Of a stretch of 64,000 nucleotides of DNA, positions 32,187 through 43,386 are shown in pieces (the first letter of the stretch is position 1; every line of letters starts with the position of its first letter). The notes below the pieces were generated by a model. The model made no database searches and was not told where the DNA came from. It saw only the letters and a list, made by a program, of their open reading frames with translations. A program made the position numbers and the translations under genes. This DNA is from Spirochaetia bacterium (GTDB taxonomy: Bacteria; Spirochaetota; Spirochaetia; UBA9216), in NCBI GenBank assembly GCA_963677925.2, contig CAXXYH010000003.1, positions 160,001-224,000 of the forward strand. The letters run 5' to 3'.

Positions 32187-35100
32187 TTAAAAACTTATTT
32201 CACCGTTATCTATGCTGATATCTGATTTGATTTCAGGAATACCCTTCCATTTCATACTAATTGTAATCTCGGTCCCCCAATCGTACTGGTACTCACTGCC
32301 GCTTTCATCAATATACGGGGAACCGCTGTAAGTCAGATTAAGATCCCAGTCATGAAGATCATGTGTAAGAGTAATATTCATATTCTTAAGATTAAAATTC
32401 GATCTGCGACGATCCTCCACATCAAAAAAATTAAAAGATTTATACAGATCATCGAAGAGACTAAGAGTGCTGACTCCTGTCTCCTCTGCAAGAGAAGGGA
32501 AATAACGGAAAACAGCCAGATTCTGGCTGTTGGTTGAAATAGTCAGATTCATAAACTCAAAAATATCAACTTTCAAAGCAAAAGTGAATAAAAATTGTGA
32601 TTCTGTGTATTCAATCAAATTAAAATCAAGACTGCTGTCTATATCTACAGAGAATTCCGCTCTGTTTTTCCAGAAAAGCCCGGTTGAATAACTGGTTTCG
32701 TAAGAGGCAGTAATACTTGAAGGAATGAAAGCTTCTTCATCTTCATCGATCCAGCCGCTGTCCGAATCAAAATATTCAGGATAAGTATTAGCCATTTTAT
32801 ATTCTGCTGTAAAATCCCATAGTTTCAATTTAGCTGAAAGATTTACAGGTTCATCATTTTCAAAATCATAAATTAGATTAGTATATAGATTTAAATTTCC
32901 GTCAAAAAGATTAAGCTGACCAGTCGAAGTGTTTGTCTCGAAAAAAGATTCTTCATAATTATAATTAAAGCTGTTGCTTAAATAGGTATTATCAAAAAAA
33001 GTAATTTTTTCAAGAACCGTTAGCGGATCATAAACAAATTCATCATCTTCAAGACTTAAAGCAGTGTTCAGTGTGGTTTTTGACGGACCAAAGGACATCT
33101 GAAAATCGGCACTTGAATCAAAATCAACCGGAGGAAGTGTAGTTTTTAGTGTCAGCTTATGACTGTATGCACCGATTTCAAGCGGGAAATACATCTGAAG
33201 CGTTTGTACACTGATATGCTCTGTATCCCACTGAAATGTATCAGTTACAAACATCTCATCATCAGATTCATAACTGTAATCATAAAAAACAGTTGAAAGA
33301 TTATAGCTTAAATTAGTTCCGGAAAAATAATCTTCGTCGACTGAAGGATAATATTTTAAAGTAAAAACATCTTTGATATTTAAATTTGTTGATTCCTTGT
33401 CTTCCAGCAAATAATTATCTGCAGTATCTTCATCCAGCAGATCCATATTATAGTGCTGATTATATTTACCGCTGAAATTTACATTATTTGTTATTTTTAT
33501 TTTATCGTAAAAAAAATCACCGGTATATTTCAAACTTGAACTAAGGCTCATACTCTGATAGCTGTACTCAACTGCGTTATCTATATCTTCAGGAGTATCC
33601 CATTCCTCATCATAATACTGACTTTTATTTGTGAAAGACGGGCTTATTGTATAACTTAGACTGTTATCCATGAATGACCCGCTGAGATTTGAATTATCAA
33701 AATCAAAATCAATATCTTTCTGCATCTCTGGAAGTCTGCTTTCAGGCTCGTCTGTAATACTGTTTTTACCATTTTCATGTTCAGAATCATTCTGCCAGGG
33801 TGATCTTAAACTGATATCCACGGTTTCATTTTCTTCATCTGATGTTTCAGTTTCACTTACAGAACTGTTTTTAAAAGGCAGAATCGCACCTGATATACTG
33901 GCACTGACAGAAGGGAAAATGATGCTGTCGGGATAATAAAAATTATTAACGGTATTATCTTCCCAGTCATCAGGAAAATCAGAAGAAACCCAGTTTATAT
34001 ATGCATCAAGGTCACTGATACTTAAAGATTTTAAATAAGGTGACAGAAATTTTAAATCAGGGCTGTAAGATGTCTGCAAGCCCCATTTATAAGAAGAAAC
34101 AGTAGTTGAACTAGTTGTCTCTTCTGCGGAAGTTTCCAGTCCGACAAAATCAGCAAGATCCAGTGTTTCAGAACGTGCTGAATAATCACTCAGAATATCT
34201 TCATCAGAATAAAAAGGCAGATCAAGCTGAAGATTGAATTTTCCCAAACTTAAACTTGTAGATAGATCAAAAGCATATCTGAACGGCAGATTGGTTTTAT
34301 AGAAATATGAAGAGAGCCATACAGGGGAATACACACCTTCATCATCCTTATACAGATAAGTGCCGTTATCCGTCAGGCGCTTCCCGGCAAGGGATGTATA
34401 AACTGAAAGGTTATCAAGAACACCAAGCTCTTTAAGATCACCATCCAGAGCCGTAAAATAGCCGTACACAGAGTAATAATCAAACAGCAGTTTTAAATAG
34501 TTATTACCGTTATTTCCGTAATCCTGAATTTTTTTTGAAAAGTCAGAAGGGTCGGGGTCATCAGTTAGAAATATACCGCTAAGTTTCTGATAACCACTTT
34601 CCTCATCACTCTGCAGAAATGAAAATGAGGTCTGATCATCATCTTTTTTTCCAATAAGATAAGTTGTAGTCTGTAAAAAATAACCATAACTGTCTTTATA
34701 CCCAAAAACTGGATTAAAGAATATTTCGTCTCCGGTTTTTATAAGACCCGGAATATAGAGCATTGGAATACGCCCTACATACAAAACCCCGTTATATATT
34801 GCCCATTCATCGCCGCTGAGAAGCCATATCTTATCGGCTTTTATTTTATAATGCGGGTCATCTGAACTGCATGAGGTTATTTCACCCTTTTTTAGTATTA
34901 CATAATTCTCAGCTGTTTTATTTATTAAATCACCCTTAAAGTAAAATTTAACGCTGGAATCTTCTATTTCTTTGTCTTCCTGTGAAACGCCTTTATCAAA
35001 TAAACCTTCCCAATTCTCAACATTGAAAGTAATTGCGTTTCCTGTGAAATGTTCTGTTTTATCACTTCCTTCAAGCTGGTAGTCTATGTTGCCTACAGCA

Positions 35101-35624
35101 CTTAGAAAATTTTCTTTAAAATTGAAAAGAATAGTATCGGCCTTGATTATATGGATTTCCCCGGTTTCTTCATCTTTCATCTTAAGAAAAACATCGCCGC
35201 TTATTTTCACATAATTTTCATCTACAGGTTCTATGGTGAAATAATCAAGATTATCAGCTTTTTCAATTGTTATTATATTACCCTTACCATTTGTCTGATT
35301 ATCACGGGACGGCGGAGAATTATTAACTTTATAATAAGTGTAAAGTTTTTTCCGAAGTTCATTTATGGTTCCTGAAGAATCAAGTCCCAACCTTTCACAC
35401 CAGTGTTTAAGTTCATAATAATCTGCTGTAGAAATGTCATAATAAAGCGTTCTGTCATAAAGACTGAGTGCTTCTGAACTCAAAGATTCATCTATTTCGG
35501 TAATTTCTGTTTCGGGTTCTGGTGCAGGAATACCATCATCAGATGATGCTTCCTGACTGTAAACCTGCCAGCCTGATAAGAGAATAAAAAAGAATACTGA
35601 AAAAACTAACTTTCTGATATTCAG
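32187..35624 (-). CDS. lptD: LptD-like outer-membrane glycolipid/LPS assembly barrel; proposed CTG start at 35624
   Basis: OstA-like jelly-roll (ITSC....[25 protein letters not shown]...GYF), long beta-barrel, terminal F; the frame extends 47 codons upstream of the track start and supplies a signal peptide; adjacent to uvrA as recalled for other spirochaetes. Confidence 0.75.
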   Translation of the reverse strand: MNIRKLVFSVFFFILLSGWQVYSQEASSDDGIPAPEPETEITEIDESLSSEALSLYDRTLYYDISTADYYELKHWCERLGLDSSGTINELRKKLYTYYKVNNSPPSRDNQTNGKGNIITIEKADNLDYFTIEPVDENYVKISGDVFLKMKDEETGEIHIIKADTILFNFKENFLSAVGNIDYQLEGSDKTEHFTGNAITFNVENWEGLFDKGVSQEDKEIEDSSVKFYFKGDLINKTAENYVILKKGEITSCSSDDPHYKIKADKIWLLSGDEWAIYNGVLYVGRIPMLYIPGLIKTGDEIFFNPVFGYKDSYGYFLQTTTYLIGKKDDDQTSFSFLQSDEESGYQKLSGIFLTDDPDPSDFSKKIQDYGNNGNNYLKLLFDYYSVYGYFTALDGDLKELGVLDNLSVYTSLAGKRLTDNGTYLYKDDEGVYSPVWLSSYFYKTNLPFRYAFDLSTSLSLGKFNLQLDLPFYSDEDILSDYSARSETLDLADFVGLETSAEETTSSTTVSSYKWGLQTSYSPDLKFLSPYLKSLSISDLDAYINWVSSDFPDDWEDNTVNNFYYPDSIIFPSVSASISGAILPFKNSSVSETETSDEENETVDISLRSPWQNDSEHENGKNSITDEPESRLPEMQKDIDFDFDNSNLSGSFMDNSLSYTISPSFTNKSQYYDEEWDTPEDIDNAVEYSYQSMSLSSSLKYTGDFFYDKIKITNNVNFSGKYNQHYNMDLLDEDTADNYLLEDKESTNLNIKDVFTLKYYPSVDEDYFSGTNLSYNLSTVFYDYSYESDDEMFVTDTFQWDTEHISVQTLQMYFPLEIGAYSHKLTLKTTLPPVDFDSSADFQMSFGPSKTTLNTALSLEDDEFVYDPLTVLEKITFFDNTYLSNSFNYNYEESFFETNTSTGQLNLFDGNLNLYTNLIYDFENDEPVNLSAKLKLWDFTAEYKMANTYPEYFDSDSGWIDEDEEAFIPSSITASYETSYSTGLFWKNRAEFSVDIDSSLDFNLIEYTESQFLFTFALKVDIFEFMNLTISTNSQNLAVFRYFPSLAEETGVSTLSLFDDLYKSFNFFDVEDRRRSNFNLKNMNITLTHDLHDWDLNLTYSGSPYIDESGSEYQYDWGTEITISMKWKGIPEIKSDISIDNGEISF

Positions 35625-38440
35625 GTTAAAACATCCTTAAGATAATGGCCTGTGTATGACTCTTTACTCTCTGCCACTTCTTCCGGAGTTCCTGATGCAA
35701 CAATAGTACCGCCGCGAACTCCCCCTTCAGGACCCAGATCTATAATATGATCGGCCTGCTTAATAACATCCAGATTATGTTCGATTAGAACGATTGTGTT
35801 CCCTTTTTCAACCAGAAGCTGCAGCACCTCAAGAAGTTTTTTTACATCAGCAAAATGCAGTCCTGTAGTAGGTTCATCAAGTATATAAAATGTTTTGCCG
35901 GTACTTCGCTTTGAGAGTTCGAGTGCAAGCTTAACCCGCTGAGCTTCCCCTCCTGAAAGAGTTAAGGCTGACTGTCCAAGCTTTATATACTCAAGTCCGA
36001 CATCGCTGAGTGTCTGGAGTTTGTTTCTTATCTTTGGTATTTTATCAAAGAACTCCAGACCTTCCTCTACGGTCATCTCAAGAACTTCATAGATGTTCTT
36101 ACCCTTATATCTGATATCAAGTGTTTCACGGTTAAACCGCCTTCCTCCGCATACGTCACAGGTTACATATACATCGGGAAGGAAGTGCATCTCGATTTTC
36201 TTAGTTCCATCACCCTGACATTGCTCACAGCGGCCGCCTTTAACGTTAAATGAGAATCTTCCGGGTTTATATCCTCGGGCTTTTGATTCCGGTAAATTTG
36301 AAAAAAGATCTCTGACAGGAGTGAATAATCCTACATATGTAGCCGGATTAGAACGAGGAGTTCTGCCGATAGGACTTTGATCAATGTTTATTATTTTATC
36401 AATATGCTCCAGACCTTCTACAGATTCATGCTTACCGCATGATATATTTGATCTGTTAATTTTATTGTTAATTGCCGGATACAGGATATCACCAAGAAGA
36501 GTGGATTTTCCGCTGCCGGAGACCCCGGTTATTACGATAAATTTCCCGAGAGGAAAATCCGCATTAACATTTTTCAAATTATGTTCTGTGGCCCCTGTGA
36601 TCTTTATAAATTGTCCGTTTCCTTCCCTTCTTTTTTCAGGCACATCAATTTTAATTTTTCCAGACAAATATTGACCAGTCAGGCTTTTTTCATTTTTAAC
36701 AACCTGCTCATAAGTCCCCTGTGCTGTAATGTAACCACCATGAACCCCGGCGCCTGGCCCCAGATCTACGATATAATCAGCTGTTTTAAGGGTTTGTTCA
36801 TCATGTTCTACAACAACAAGGGTGTTGCCTATATCCCGCAGATGCTTGAGAGTATCTATGAGACGCTGATTATCCCGCTGATGAAGACCGATTGTGGGTT
36901 CATCAAGGATATAAAGAACTCCGACCAGCGAGGAGCCGATCTGAGTAGCAAGTCTTATTCTCTGAGCCTCGCCTCCGGACAGGGTCGAAGCCTTTCTTTC
37001 AAGATCAAGATAATCCAGCCCTACACTTATCATAAATCCAAGCCTTGAATTGATCTCTTTAAGAATCTGGTTGGATATCTTTGCCTCGGTTTCCGTGAGA
37101 TCAAGATTTTCAAAAAATTTCTGAGCATCGCCTACGGTCAGACAAGTAACTTCATTAATATTCTTACCGTTAACCAGAACGCCTAAACTTTCTTTTCTCA
37201 GACGTTTACCGCCGCAGGCTGTACATTCATTCTGGCTCATGAAGCCTTCCAGCCATTCCTTTATGTAACTGCTGGAAGATTCAAGGTATCTTCTTTTTAA
37301 CTCTGCAAGAATACCGTTAAAATTGGTAGTGTATTCAAATTTTCCGGTTTTTTTACTGTTTACGTAACTGACATCGATCTTATCTTTAGTTCCGTAAAGG
37401 ATGGTATCTATAATTTTTTCAGGCAGTTTGTCAAATGGAGTATCAAGACTGAATTTATAATGGCTGGAAAGAGCCTCAAACCAGCTTCTATGCCAATTTG
37501 CCTCGGGATTATGTGTTTTTACAGCTCCCTCGTTAAAAGAAAGGCTCATATCCGGAATTACAAGGTTTTTATCAAACTCAAGTGTCATTCCCAATCCGGA
37601 GCATACCGGACAGGCACCCTCCGGATTATTAAAAGAAAACAGTCTGGGTTCCAGCTCGGGTATGCTTATTCCGCAGTGAGCACAGGAATTTTTTATTGAG
37701 AAAAACTCTGAATTTTCATCTTTCTCCTCTTTTTTTATTACAAGTATCTGCCCATCTGCTACCTCAAGACAGGTCTCAACCGATTCAGCTACACGCTTTC
37801 TAATTTCATTATTTATTATCAGACGATCAACAATAATTTCTATTGTGTGCTTTTTATTTTTTTCAAGGCTGATGGGTTCATCAAGGTTTACTGGTACACC
37901 ATCAATTCGAGCCCTTGCGAAACCGGCTTTTGAGGCATCTTCAAGAATCTTCTGATGTTCGCCTTTCTTACCTTTTATGACCGGTGCAAGAAGCATAATC
38001 CTGCTGTTCTCAGAATAGGACATTACTGTGTCTATAATCTGATCCACTGACTGTTCTTTTATCTCTCTGCCGCAGTCCGGGCAGTGGGGCTTGCCTATTC
38101 TTGCAAATAGCAGCCTGAGATAATCATATATTTCGGTAACTGTACCTACCGTAGACCTGGGATTCCTGTGTGTGGTCTTCTGTTCTATTGAAATAGCTGG
38201 CGATAACCCCTCAATATAGTCTAGATCAGGTTTATCCAGACGTCCAAGAAACTGTCTGGCATAAGAGGAGAGACTTTCTACATACCGCCGCTGTCCTTCT
38301 GCAAAAATTGTATCGAATGCAAGCGATGATTTACCGCTGCCGCTTAATCCTGAGATAACAATAAAACTGTCTCTTGGAAGTTCAAGGCTGATATTTTTAA
38401 GGTTGTGCTCCCTTGCGCCTTTAATTATTATTTTGTCCAT
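35621..38440 (-). CDS. uvrA: Excinuclease ABC subunit UvrA
   Basis: [27 protein letters not shown], two [17 protein letters not shown], zinc fingers. Confidence 0.97.
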   Translation of the reverse strand: MDKIIIKGAREHNLKNISLELPRDSFIVISGLSGSGKSSLAFDTIFAEGQRRYVESLSSYARQFLGRLDKPDLDYIEGLSPAISIEQKTTHRNPRSTVGTVTEIYDYLRLLFARIGKPHCPDCGREIKEQSVDQIIDTVMSYSENSRIMLLAPVIKGKKGEHQKILEDASKAGFARARIDGVPVNLDEPISLEKNKKHTIEIIVDRLIINNEIRKRVAESVETCLEVADGQILVIKKEEKDENSEFFSIKNSCAHCGISIPELEPRLFSFNNPEGACPVCSGLGMTLEFDKNLVIPDMSLSFNEGAVKTHNPEANWHRSWFEALSSHYKFSLDTPFDKLPEKIIDTILYGTKDKIDVSYVNSKKTGKFEYTTNFNGILAELKRRYLESSSSYIKEWLEGFMSQNECTACGGKRLRKESLGVLVNGKNINEVTCLTVGDAQKFFENLDLTETEAKISNQILKEINSRLGFMISVGLDYLDLERKASTLSGGEAQRIRLATQIGSSLVGVLYILDEPTIGLHQRDNQRLIDTLKHLRDIGNTLVVVEHDEQTLKTADYIVDLGPGAGVHGGYITAQGTYEQVVKNEKSLTGQYLSGKIKIDVPEKRREGNGQFIKITGATEHNLKNVNADFPLGKFIVITGVSGSGKSTLLGDILYPAINNKINRSNISCGKHESVEGLEHIDKIINIDQSPIGRTPRSNPATYVGLFTPVRDLFSNLPESKARGYKPGRFSFNVKGGRCEQCQGDGTKKIEMHFLPDVYVTCDVCGGRRFNRETLDIRYKGKNIYEVLEMTVEEGLEFFDKIPKIRNKLQTLSDVGLEYIKLGQSALTLSGGEAQRVKLALELSKRSTGKTFYILDEPTTGLHFADVKKLLEVLQLLVEKGNTIVLIEHNLDVIKQADHIIDLGPEGGVRGGTIVASGTPEEVAESKESYTGHYLKDVLT

Positions 38441-38474
38441 ACTTAGAGAAAGTTACGATTAATTTCTTTGCTGT

Positions 38475-39413
38475 TCAAGTGCGGGGGGAAATCAGGGGCT
38501 CGATGAATGGTGAATTCAGCTGTCGGGTTGACCTGATAGACCAAATGCTCTCCGGGCTGTCATAATCTTTTATTATCTGCCAAAGCTCATTTGAGACATC
38601 AAGATTCCCCTCTGCATACAAAGCTGCTGCCAGATAGTAGGCCGAACGGAAAAAACTGTTTTCCTGCATATATTCTGTGAGTATGTAATCTGCCAGCATA
38701 GATGAAATATGATCTCTGACCGTAGTGTATTCATAATCACCTCTTTTCTCATATAAATACTCAAATCCGGTAGATAAAATAGATACGAAGGGAACAGTTA
38801 AATTCAATTCAGCTTCGGAATAGCGTCCGGTCTGATAATAGAAAATACCCAGGCTAATACGTGCGCTGTTGAATTTTCCGTCGGTATATCGGTAAAGTTC
38901 GAAGAGCTTATCTACACCTCGATTGTTAAGGACATCTGTCATTGCATAAAAAAGCCTGAAGTTTGTGTTGAAGCCCTCGTCATTCTCTATAATATCTATC
39001 AGTATTTTTTCATACTTTCCATACTGACTCGTAACACGGTATATTTCAGTAAGTCTGTACATCAGGGTGAATCTGTCTTCAAGAATATAGAGCTGATTTT
39101 TATTCTCTAGCGCTTTTAAATACTGTTTTTCAGCAAGCAGAGGTTCACCCTCCTGTTCATAAATATATCCCAGCCACATTTCGGCATCGGGAGAAATTGA
39201 GTTTCTGTCAATTATTTCACGGAATATTCTCGAGGCCAAGCCAAGTTCACCCAGTTCAAATGATTCACGGCCTCTTTCCATCATCAGCCATACCGGTAGA
39301 TTATTCATGTATGTATCTTCGATAAAGGCGACTCTTTCCTGGTCGGGTACACGCTGCGCATATATTGATATTGCCAAAAATAGTAGAGAAAAGACTGAAA
39401 TAATCTTTTTCAA
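38475..39413 (-). CDS. Secreted TPR-like hypothetical protein
   Basis: Signal peptide; TPR-like repeats (AEMWLGYIYEQEGE..LAEKQYLKAL; LGIFYYQTGRY). Confidence 0.65.
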   Translation of the reverse strand: MKKIISVFSLLFLAISIYAQRVPDQERVAFIEDTYMNNLPVWLMMERGRESFELGELGLASRIFREIIDRNSISPDAEMWLGYIYEQEGEPLLAEKQYLKALENKNQLYILEDRFTLMYRLTEIYRVTSQYGKYEKILIDIIENDEGFNTNFRLFYAMTDVLNNRGVDKLFELYRYTDGKFNSARISLGIFYYQTGRYSEAELNLTVPFVSILSTGFEYLYEKRGDYEYTTVRDHISSMLADYILTEYMQENSFFRSAYYLAAALYAEGNLDVSNELWQIIKDYDSPESIWSIRSTRQLNSPFIEPLISPRT

Positions 39414-39416
39414 AAA

Positions 39417-40472
39417 CTAAACCTCAGAATCAAGAGCTTTCAGTTCCTCAAGGAACGCCTCAATACTGTTATTTTCGTCAACTTTTCTAATAATCTTACC
39501 ATGTTTAAAAATAACAGCCTTTTTTCCGCTTCCTGTGATACCCAGATCCGCATGAAGGGCCTCTCCAGGACCGTTTACGATACATCCCATAACAGCAATT
39601 TTCAGAGGCTTTTTAATCAGATAAAGTTCGGAATACACACGGTTTATAAATTCAGTCGTGTTGAAAGTCGAACGGCCGCATCTTGGACATGAAATGATAT
39701 CAACGCCGTAATTACTTTTCCCGCAGGCTTTCAGTATTTCACGGCCTGTAATTACTTCATTAAGCGGAGTATCGGTAAGGGAAACCCGAATAGTGTCTCC
39801 AATTCCTTTTTCAAGAAGTCTGTAAAAAGCTATTGAACTTTTTACAGTGCCTGCTGTTCCCGGGCCGGCTTCGGTAATACCTATGTGCAGAGGATAATCC
39901 CATTTTTGTGAAAATTCTTCATTAGCAGTGATCGTATTCTCAATATCAGAAGCTTTCAGGGAGAAAACCGCATTCCTGAAATTCATTTTTTCAAGAATTT
40001 CAATTTCTTTTTCCGCGGCTTTAATCATTGCATCAGCGATATTGTCTAAACCGGAAACCGTCTCAGGCAATGAACCGGAATTTATTCCGACTCTGATTGG
40101 GATATTGCTGTCGGAAGCTGCAGTTAAAACTTCCCGAACCTTCCATTCAGGTCCAATATTACCCGGATTGATTCGTATCTTATCAATTCCGTTGTTTATA
40201 CATTCAAGAGCAATTTTATAATCAAAATGTATATCTGCAACTACAGGAATGGATATTTGCGGCTTCAGGTTTTTAAGAATACCGGCGCTTTTCATATCAG
40301 GAACTGAAAATCTGATTATATCACAACCGAAATCCTGTAAACTTAGAATCTCATTAACATCTGCTTGTGTAACATTATGCAGACTTCGCTTCCACATTGT
40401 CTGTACAGTCAGTCTGTTCTCACCGCCTACAGCAATCCGGCCTACATTTATTGTGCGTGTTTTATTTTTCAT
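39417..40472 (-). CDS. ispG: (E)-4-hydroxy-3-methylbut-2-enyl-diphosphate synthase IspG
   Basis: VADIHF, RINPGNIG, RVGINSGS, HIGITEAG, GDTIRVSL, SCPRCGR, VMGCIVNGPGE. Confidence 0.94.
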   Translation of the reverse strand: MKNKTRTINVGRIAVGGENRLTVQTMWKRSLHNVTQADVNEILSLQDFGCDIIRFSVPDMKSAGILKNLKPQISIPVVADIHFDYKIALECINNGIDKIRINPGNIGPEWKVREVLTAASDSNIPIRVGINSGSLPETVSGLDNIADAMIKAAEKEIEILEKMNFRNAVFSLKASDIENTITANEEFSQKWDYPLHIGITEAGPGTAGTVKSSIAFYRLLEKGIGDTIRVSLTDTPLNEVITGREILKACGKSNYGVDIISCPRCGRSTFNTTEFINRVYSELYLIKKPLKIAVMGCIVNGPGEALHADLGITGSGKKAVIFKHGKIIRKVDENNSIEAFLEELKALDSEV

Positions 40473-40481
40473 TAAGGGGAT

Positions 40482-40505
40482 AAAAGGGGCTGTTTTAGCA
40501 GCCCC
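40482..40505 (-). terminator. Intrinsic terminator-like hairpin after the V-ATPase operon
   Basis: GGGGCTG-CTAAAA-CAGCCCC followed by TTTT on the minus strand. Confidence 0.65.
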
Positions 40506-40514
40506 ATTCTTCCA

Positions 40515-40934
40515 TTAGATAAGGAACAGGAATGCGAGTACGAGAATAGCTACAGACTCAACAATACCAAGTGCGAGTACATACTGTGCTGTACCCTTAC
40601 CTGTTTCTGACTGAGCATCACAAGCTACTGCCGCTGCTTTACCCTGAAGCCATGCAGACATTCCGATAGCAAGTCCGCCGAAAAGTCCGGTTGCAAGCTG
40701 TTTCATGTCGCCTGTTTTTGCAGGAACAACTACGAGCATTACCAGAAATCCGTAGAGTGTCTGAGAAAGAGGGAAACCTACGAACGCTGCAAGAAGCATA
40801 CTTGGCGCTTTATTTGCTGCAAGTGCTTTCTTCCATGCTCCAACCGCGCCCTGTGCGGCTGTACCACATCCAAGTGCTGAACCTACTGCTGCAAGACCTA
40901 ATGCTGCAGCCTGACCAATAATTCCAAAACTCAT
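40515..40934 (-). CDS. atpK: V/A-type ATPase proteolipid subunit K
   Basis: Four-TM duplicated proteolipid with PLSQTLYG, QGK and VES. Confidence 0.9.
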   Translation of the reverse strand: MSFGIIGQAAALGLAAVGSALGCGTAAQGAVGAWKKALAANKAPSMLLAAFVGFPLSQTLYGFLVMLVVVPAKTGDMKQLATGLFGGLAIGMSAWLQGKAAAVACDAQSETGKGTAQYVLALGIVESVAILVLAFLFLI

Positions 40935-42772
40935 ATAAATTCTCCTTTATAGCTTTGACTTTCGTCGACACTAACCTTAAAGGGGTCGTATTTAAATCCG
41001 GACCATTCGACGCCGACTTTTCCGGAATATTCCAGGATATTCAAACGCACTGCATGTACAAGAATTGCCATAAGACCAAGTACAATGTTAAGCGTATGAC
41101 CGATTATAATAATTAAAATACCAAACACTATCATCCAGCTGCCGGACATTCCAGCTCCAAGCTGATTAAATGTTTCCGCAATTTTTACTGATGCAAGTCC
41201 AACGGCAAACAGCCTTACGTAGGACATGATATCCGAAAATGTTCCTACAACATCAAGGAAAAGCTGCAGAAAGTTAGTTAAAGAATTAATAATTCCCTTT
41301 ACAAAACTCTGACCCTCTTCCTGTCCGCCGAATAAGAATATTACAGCTACTCCACCAAGAAGCAGATACATCATCTGTTTCGGGTAGGTATCCAGCCCTG
41401 CACGTCTTACTACAAGCACAAGGACTAGGTAGTAAACTGCTATAAGTACAGCAAACCATCCAATCTGTGCGAAACTGTTCTTTTTCGGAAAATTCTTTTT
41501 AAAGTTCTGAACAACTCCGATTAGAAGCTGAACAATACCAAGAAAAAAGCTTATCCCCATTACAACAGCAATCTGTTCTTCATCACTGCCCTTAAAAACA
41601 TCAAGTTTAAGCGCGGCAATCGGACCGATCTCCATGATGCTCTGGCTTGCAAACCAGGTGCCCGTGACAATACCCCAGGCAATTGTAGTTACACTGAGCA
41701 GCAGAAGAAGGAATACCGCCTTTGGTATAGGTTTCTTCTTAGAACCGAATGCAATCATCACAACAGCAGTTACTGCAAGAAAAATCAGGCCGTAACCAGC
41801 ATCACCGATAAGCATTGCAGTAAAAATTGAAAAGAAACACAGGAAGAAAAAGCTTATATCATATTCCCTGTAACCGGGAAGTATTCCGAGAAAATCAAGA
41901 ACCGGAGACAGCATTGAAGTGAACTTTCCTACCTTAAGTTCTGTTGGAACTTCATCTTCTTCTGTCGGTTCTTCAATTAGCAGTCCCCAGCCTTCCTCAG
42001 CGGCTTTAGCCTTAAGTTTTTCAAGTTTCTCAACAGGACAGAACCCGCTCAAATAGGACAGTTCCTCTTCCTTGTTGATTCCTGATCTTACATTTTCATA
42101 TACAAGATCCTGATCAATTATCTTAAGACCTTCAGACAGAGGAATCCTCATTGAGGACATCTCTTCCAGTTCTTTATTAAGCTTGTTAAGAACTCCGCTC
42201 AGCGCAGATTTTTCCTTGCTAAGTTCAGTTAAACTTTTTTCAGGTAAATCAAGAATTTCAACCGACTTTAAATTTTCAGGTATATTGCCCACAACAGCAA
42301 AGAACTGATTATTTTTAGTAACAGCAACCCTGAAACTGTTTTCGCCAGTGAAGAGCGCCTCATCAGATTTTTTAGCCTTAAAAACTGTAATTTTCAGATT
42401 TTTATCTTCAAGAGTTTTTAAAAGAGAAGGATCAAAATCTCCCAGCGGTCCAATCTTTTCAACTTCCCTGACAATAGCTAAAATACGCTCGTTAGCCGCC
42501 TGCTTTTCTGCCACTTTCTCAAGGATTGCATCTGCTTTCTCCAGAGAATCCATGATTCCGCTAAAGGCCTGCGGCTCTATTCCGCTGATTGCTGGTACAT
42601 ACACCAGAGCACTTGAAAGTTTATCCCTTAGAGAAGAAAGATGTTCGAATTTTTCACCATTGCCTTTTAATGCATTAAGATGAAGAACTCCAAGTCTTCT
42701 CAGCTGCTTTAATGATTCATCTCTGTATTTATCAAGCAGTACAAGGGAGACTTTGTTCATTTTTACTATCAT
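40931..42772 (-). CDS. atpI: V/A-type ATPase subunit I (a)
   Basis: MIVKM, VPT, PGYREYD, GDAGYG, SDIMSYVRLFAVGLA, H..RLNILEY. Confidence 0.92.
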   Translation of the reverse strand: MIVKMNKVSLVLLDKYRDESLKQLRRLGVLHLNALKGNGEKFEHLSSLRDKLSSALVYVPAISGIEPQAFSGIMDSLEKADAILEKVAEKQAANERILAIVREVEKIGPLGDFDPSLLKTLEDKNLKITVFKAKKSDEALFTGENSFRVAVTKNNQFFAVVGNIPENLKSVEILDLPEKSLTELSKEKSALSGVLNKLNKELEEMSSMRIPLSEGLKIIDQDLVYENVRSGINKEEELSYLSGFCPVEKLEKLKAKAAEEGWGLLIEEPTEEDEVPTELKVGKFTSMLSPVLDFLGILPGYREYDISFFFLCFFSIFTAMLIGDAGYGLIFLAVTAVVMIAFGSKKKPIPKAVFLLLLLSVTTIAWGIVTGTWFASQSIMEIGPIAALKLDVFKGSDEEQIAVVMGISFFLGIVQLLIGVVQNFKKNFPKKNSFAQIGWFAVLIAVYYLVLVLVVRRAGLDTYPKQMMYLLLGGVAVIFLFGGQEEGQSFVKGIINSLTNFLQLFLDVVGTFSDIMSYVRLFAVGLASVKIAETFNQLGAGMSGSWMIVFGILIIIIGHTLNIVLGLMAILVHAVRLNILEYSGKVGVEWSGFKYDPFKVSVDESQSYKGEFI

Positions 42773-43371
42773 GCATCAGCCCCCTTTACAACTTTGCCCT
42801 TTGCCATCTTGCCCCTTACAACCGCAGCAGTCTGCTGGTCGCCGAGGTAGATACCGATTTTCCTGATTACCTCTTTGGTCTCAGGTATCTTTACCTTTTC
42901 GAAGAGATTAACTCTCTGAGTTGTTGTTCGAAGTTCATTATCAAGAAGCTCTTTAGCTTCAATAAGAACTTCGATTTCAGCATTCAGAGAAGCAAGCTCT
43001 TTCATGGTGATAATACCCTTATCAACCCAGAGCGGCATCATGAATAAATCATATCCAACAGGCATAAATTCCAGTTTTTTAAAGACAGGGATATCTACAC
43101 CTGCAATATTGCCGCGTTCCCTCTCTATTTCCTTTATCTGCAGAAGATCTCCGATGCCTGTATCTTCACCGAAAACACCAATCCAGTCTTCAAGTGAATC
43201 CTGGTATTTTGATATCTCTTTTCGCTTAGCCTCTATATCAGCTTCAAACTGACGGATAACCAGCTGCAGCTGCTGTTTTTTCAGCTGCAGAGTAGGCAGA
43301 TATCTGGTGAATCGCTTCAGAGCATCTTTCTGTTTCTTCTGCTCATTTTTGGTAAGCTTTACCTTTGCCAT
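42769..43371 (-). CDS. atpD: V/A-type ATPase subunit D
   Basis: LPTLQLKKQQL, NIAGVDIP, ELRTTTQRVNLFEKVKIP. Confidence 0.93.
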   Translation of the reverse strand: MAKVKLTKNEQKKQKDALKRFTRYLPTLQLKKQQLQLVIRQFEADIEAKRKEISKYQDSLEDWIGVFGEDTGIGDLLQIKEIERERGNIAGVDIPVFKKLEFMPVGYDLFMMPLWVDKGIITMKELASLNAEIEVLIEAKELLDNELRTTTQRVNLFEKVKIPETKEVIRKIGIYLGDQQTAAVVRGKMAKGKVVKGADA

Positions 43372-43386
43372 ATAGCCCGTCCGTTT

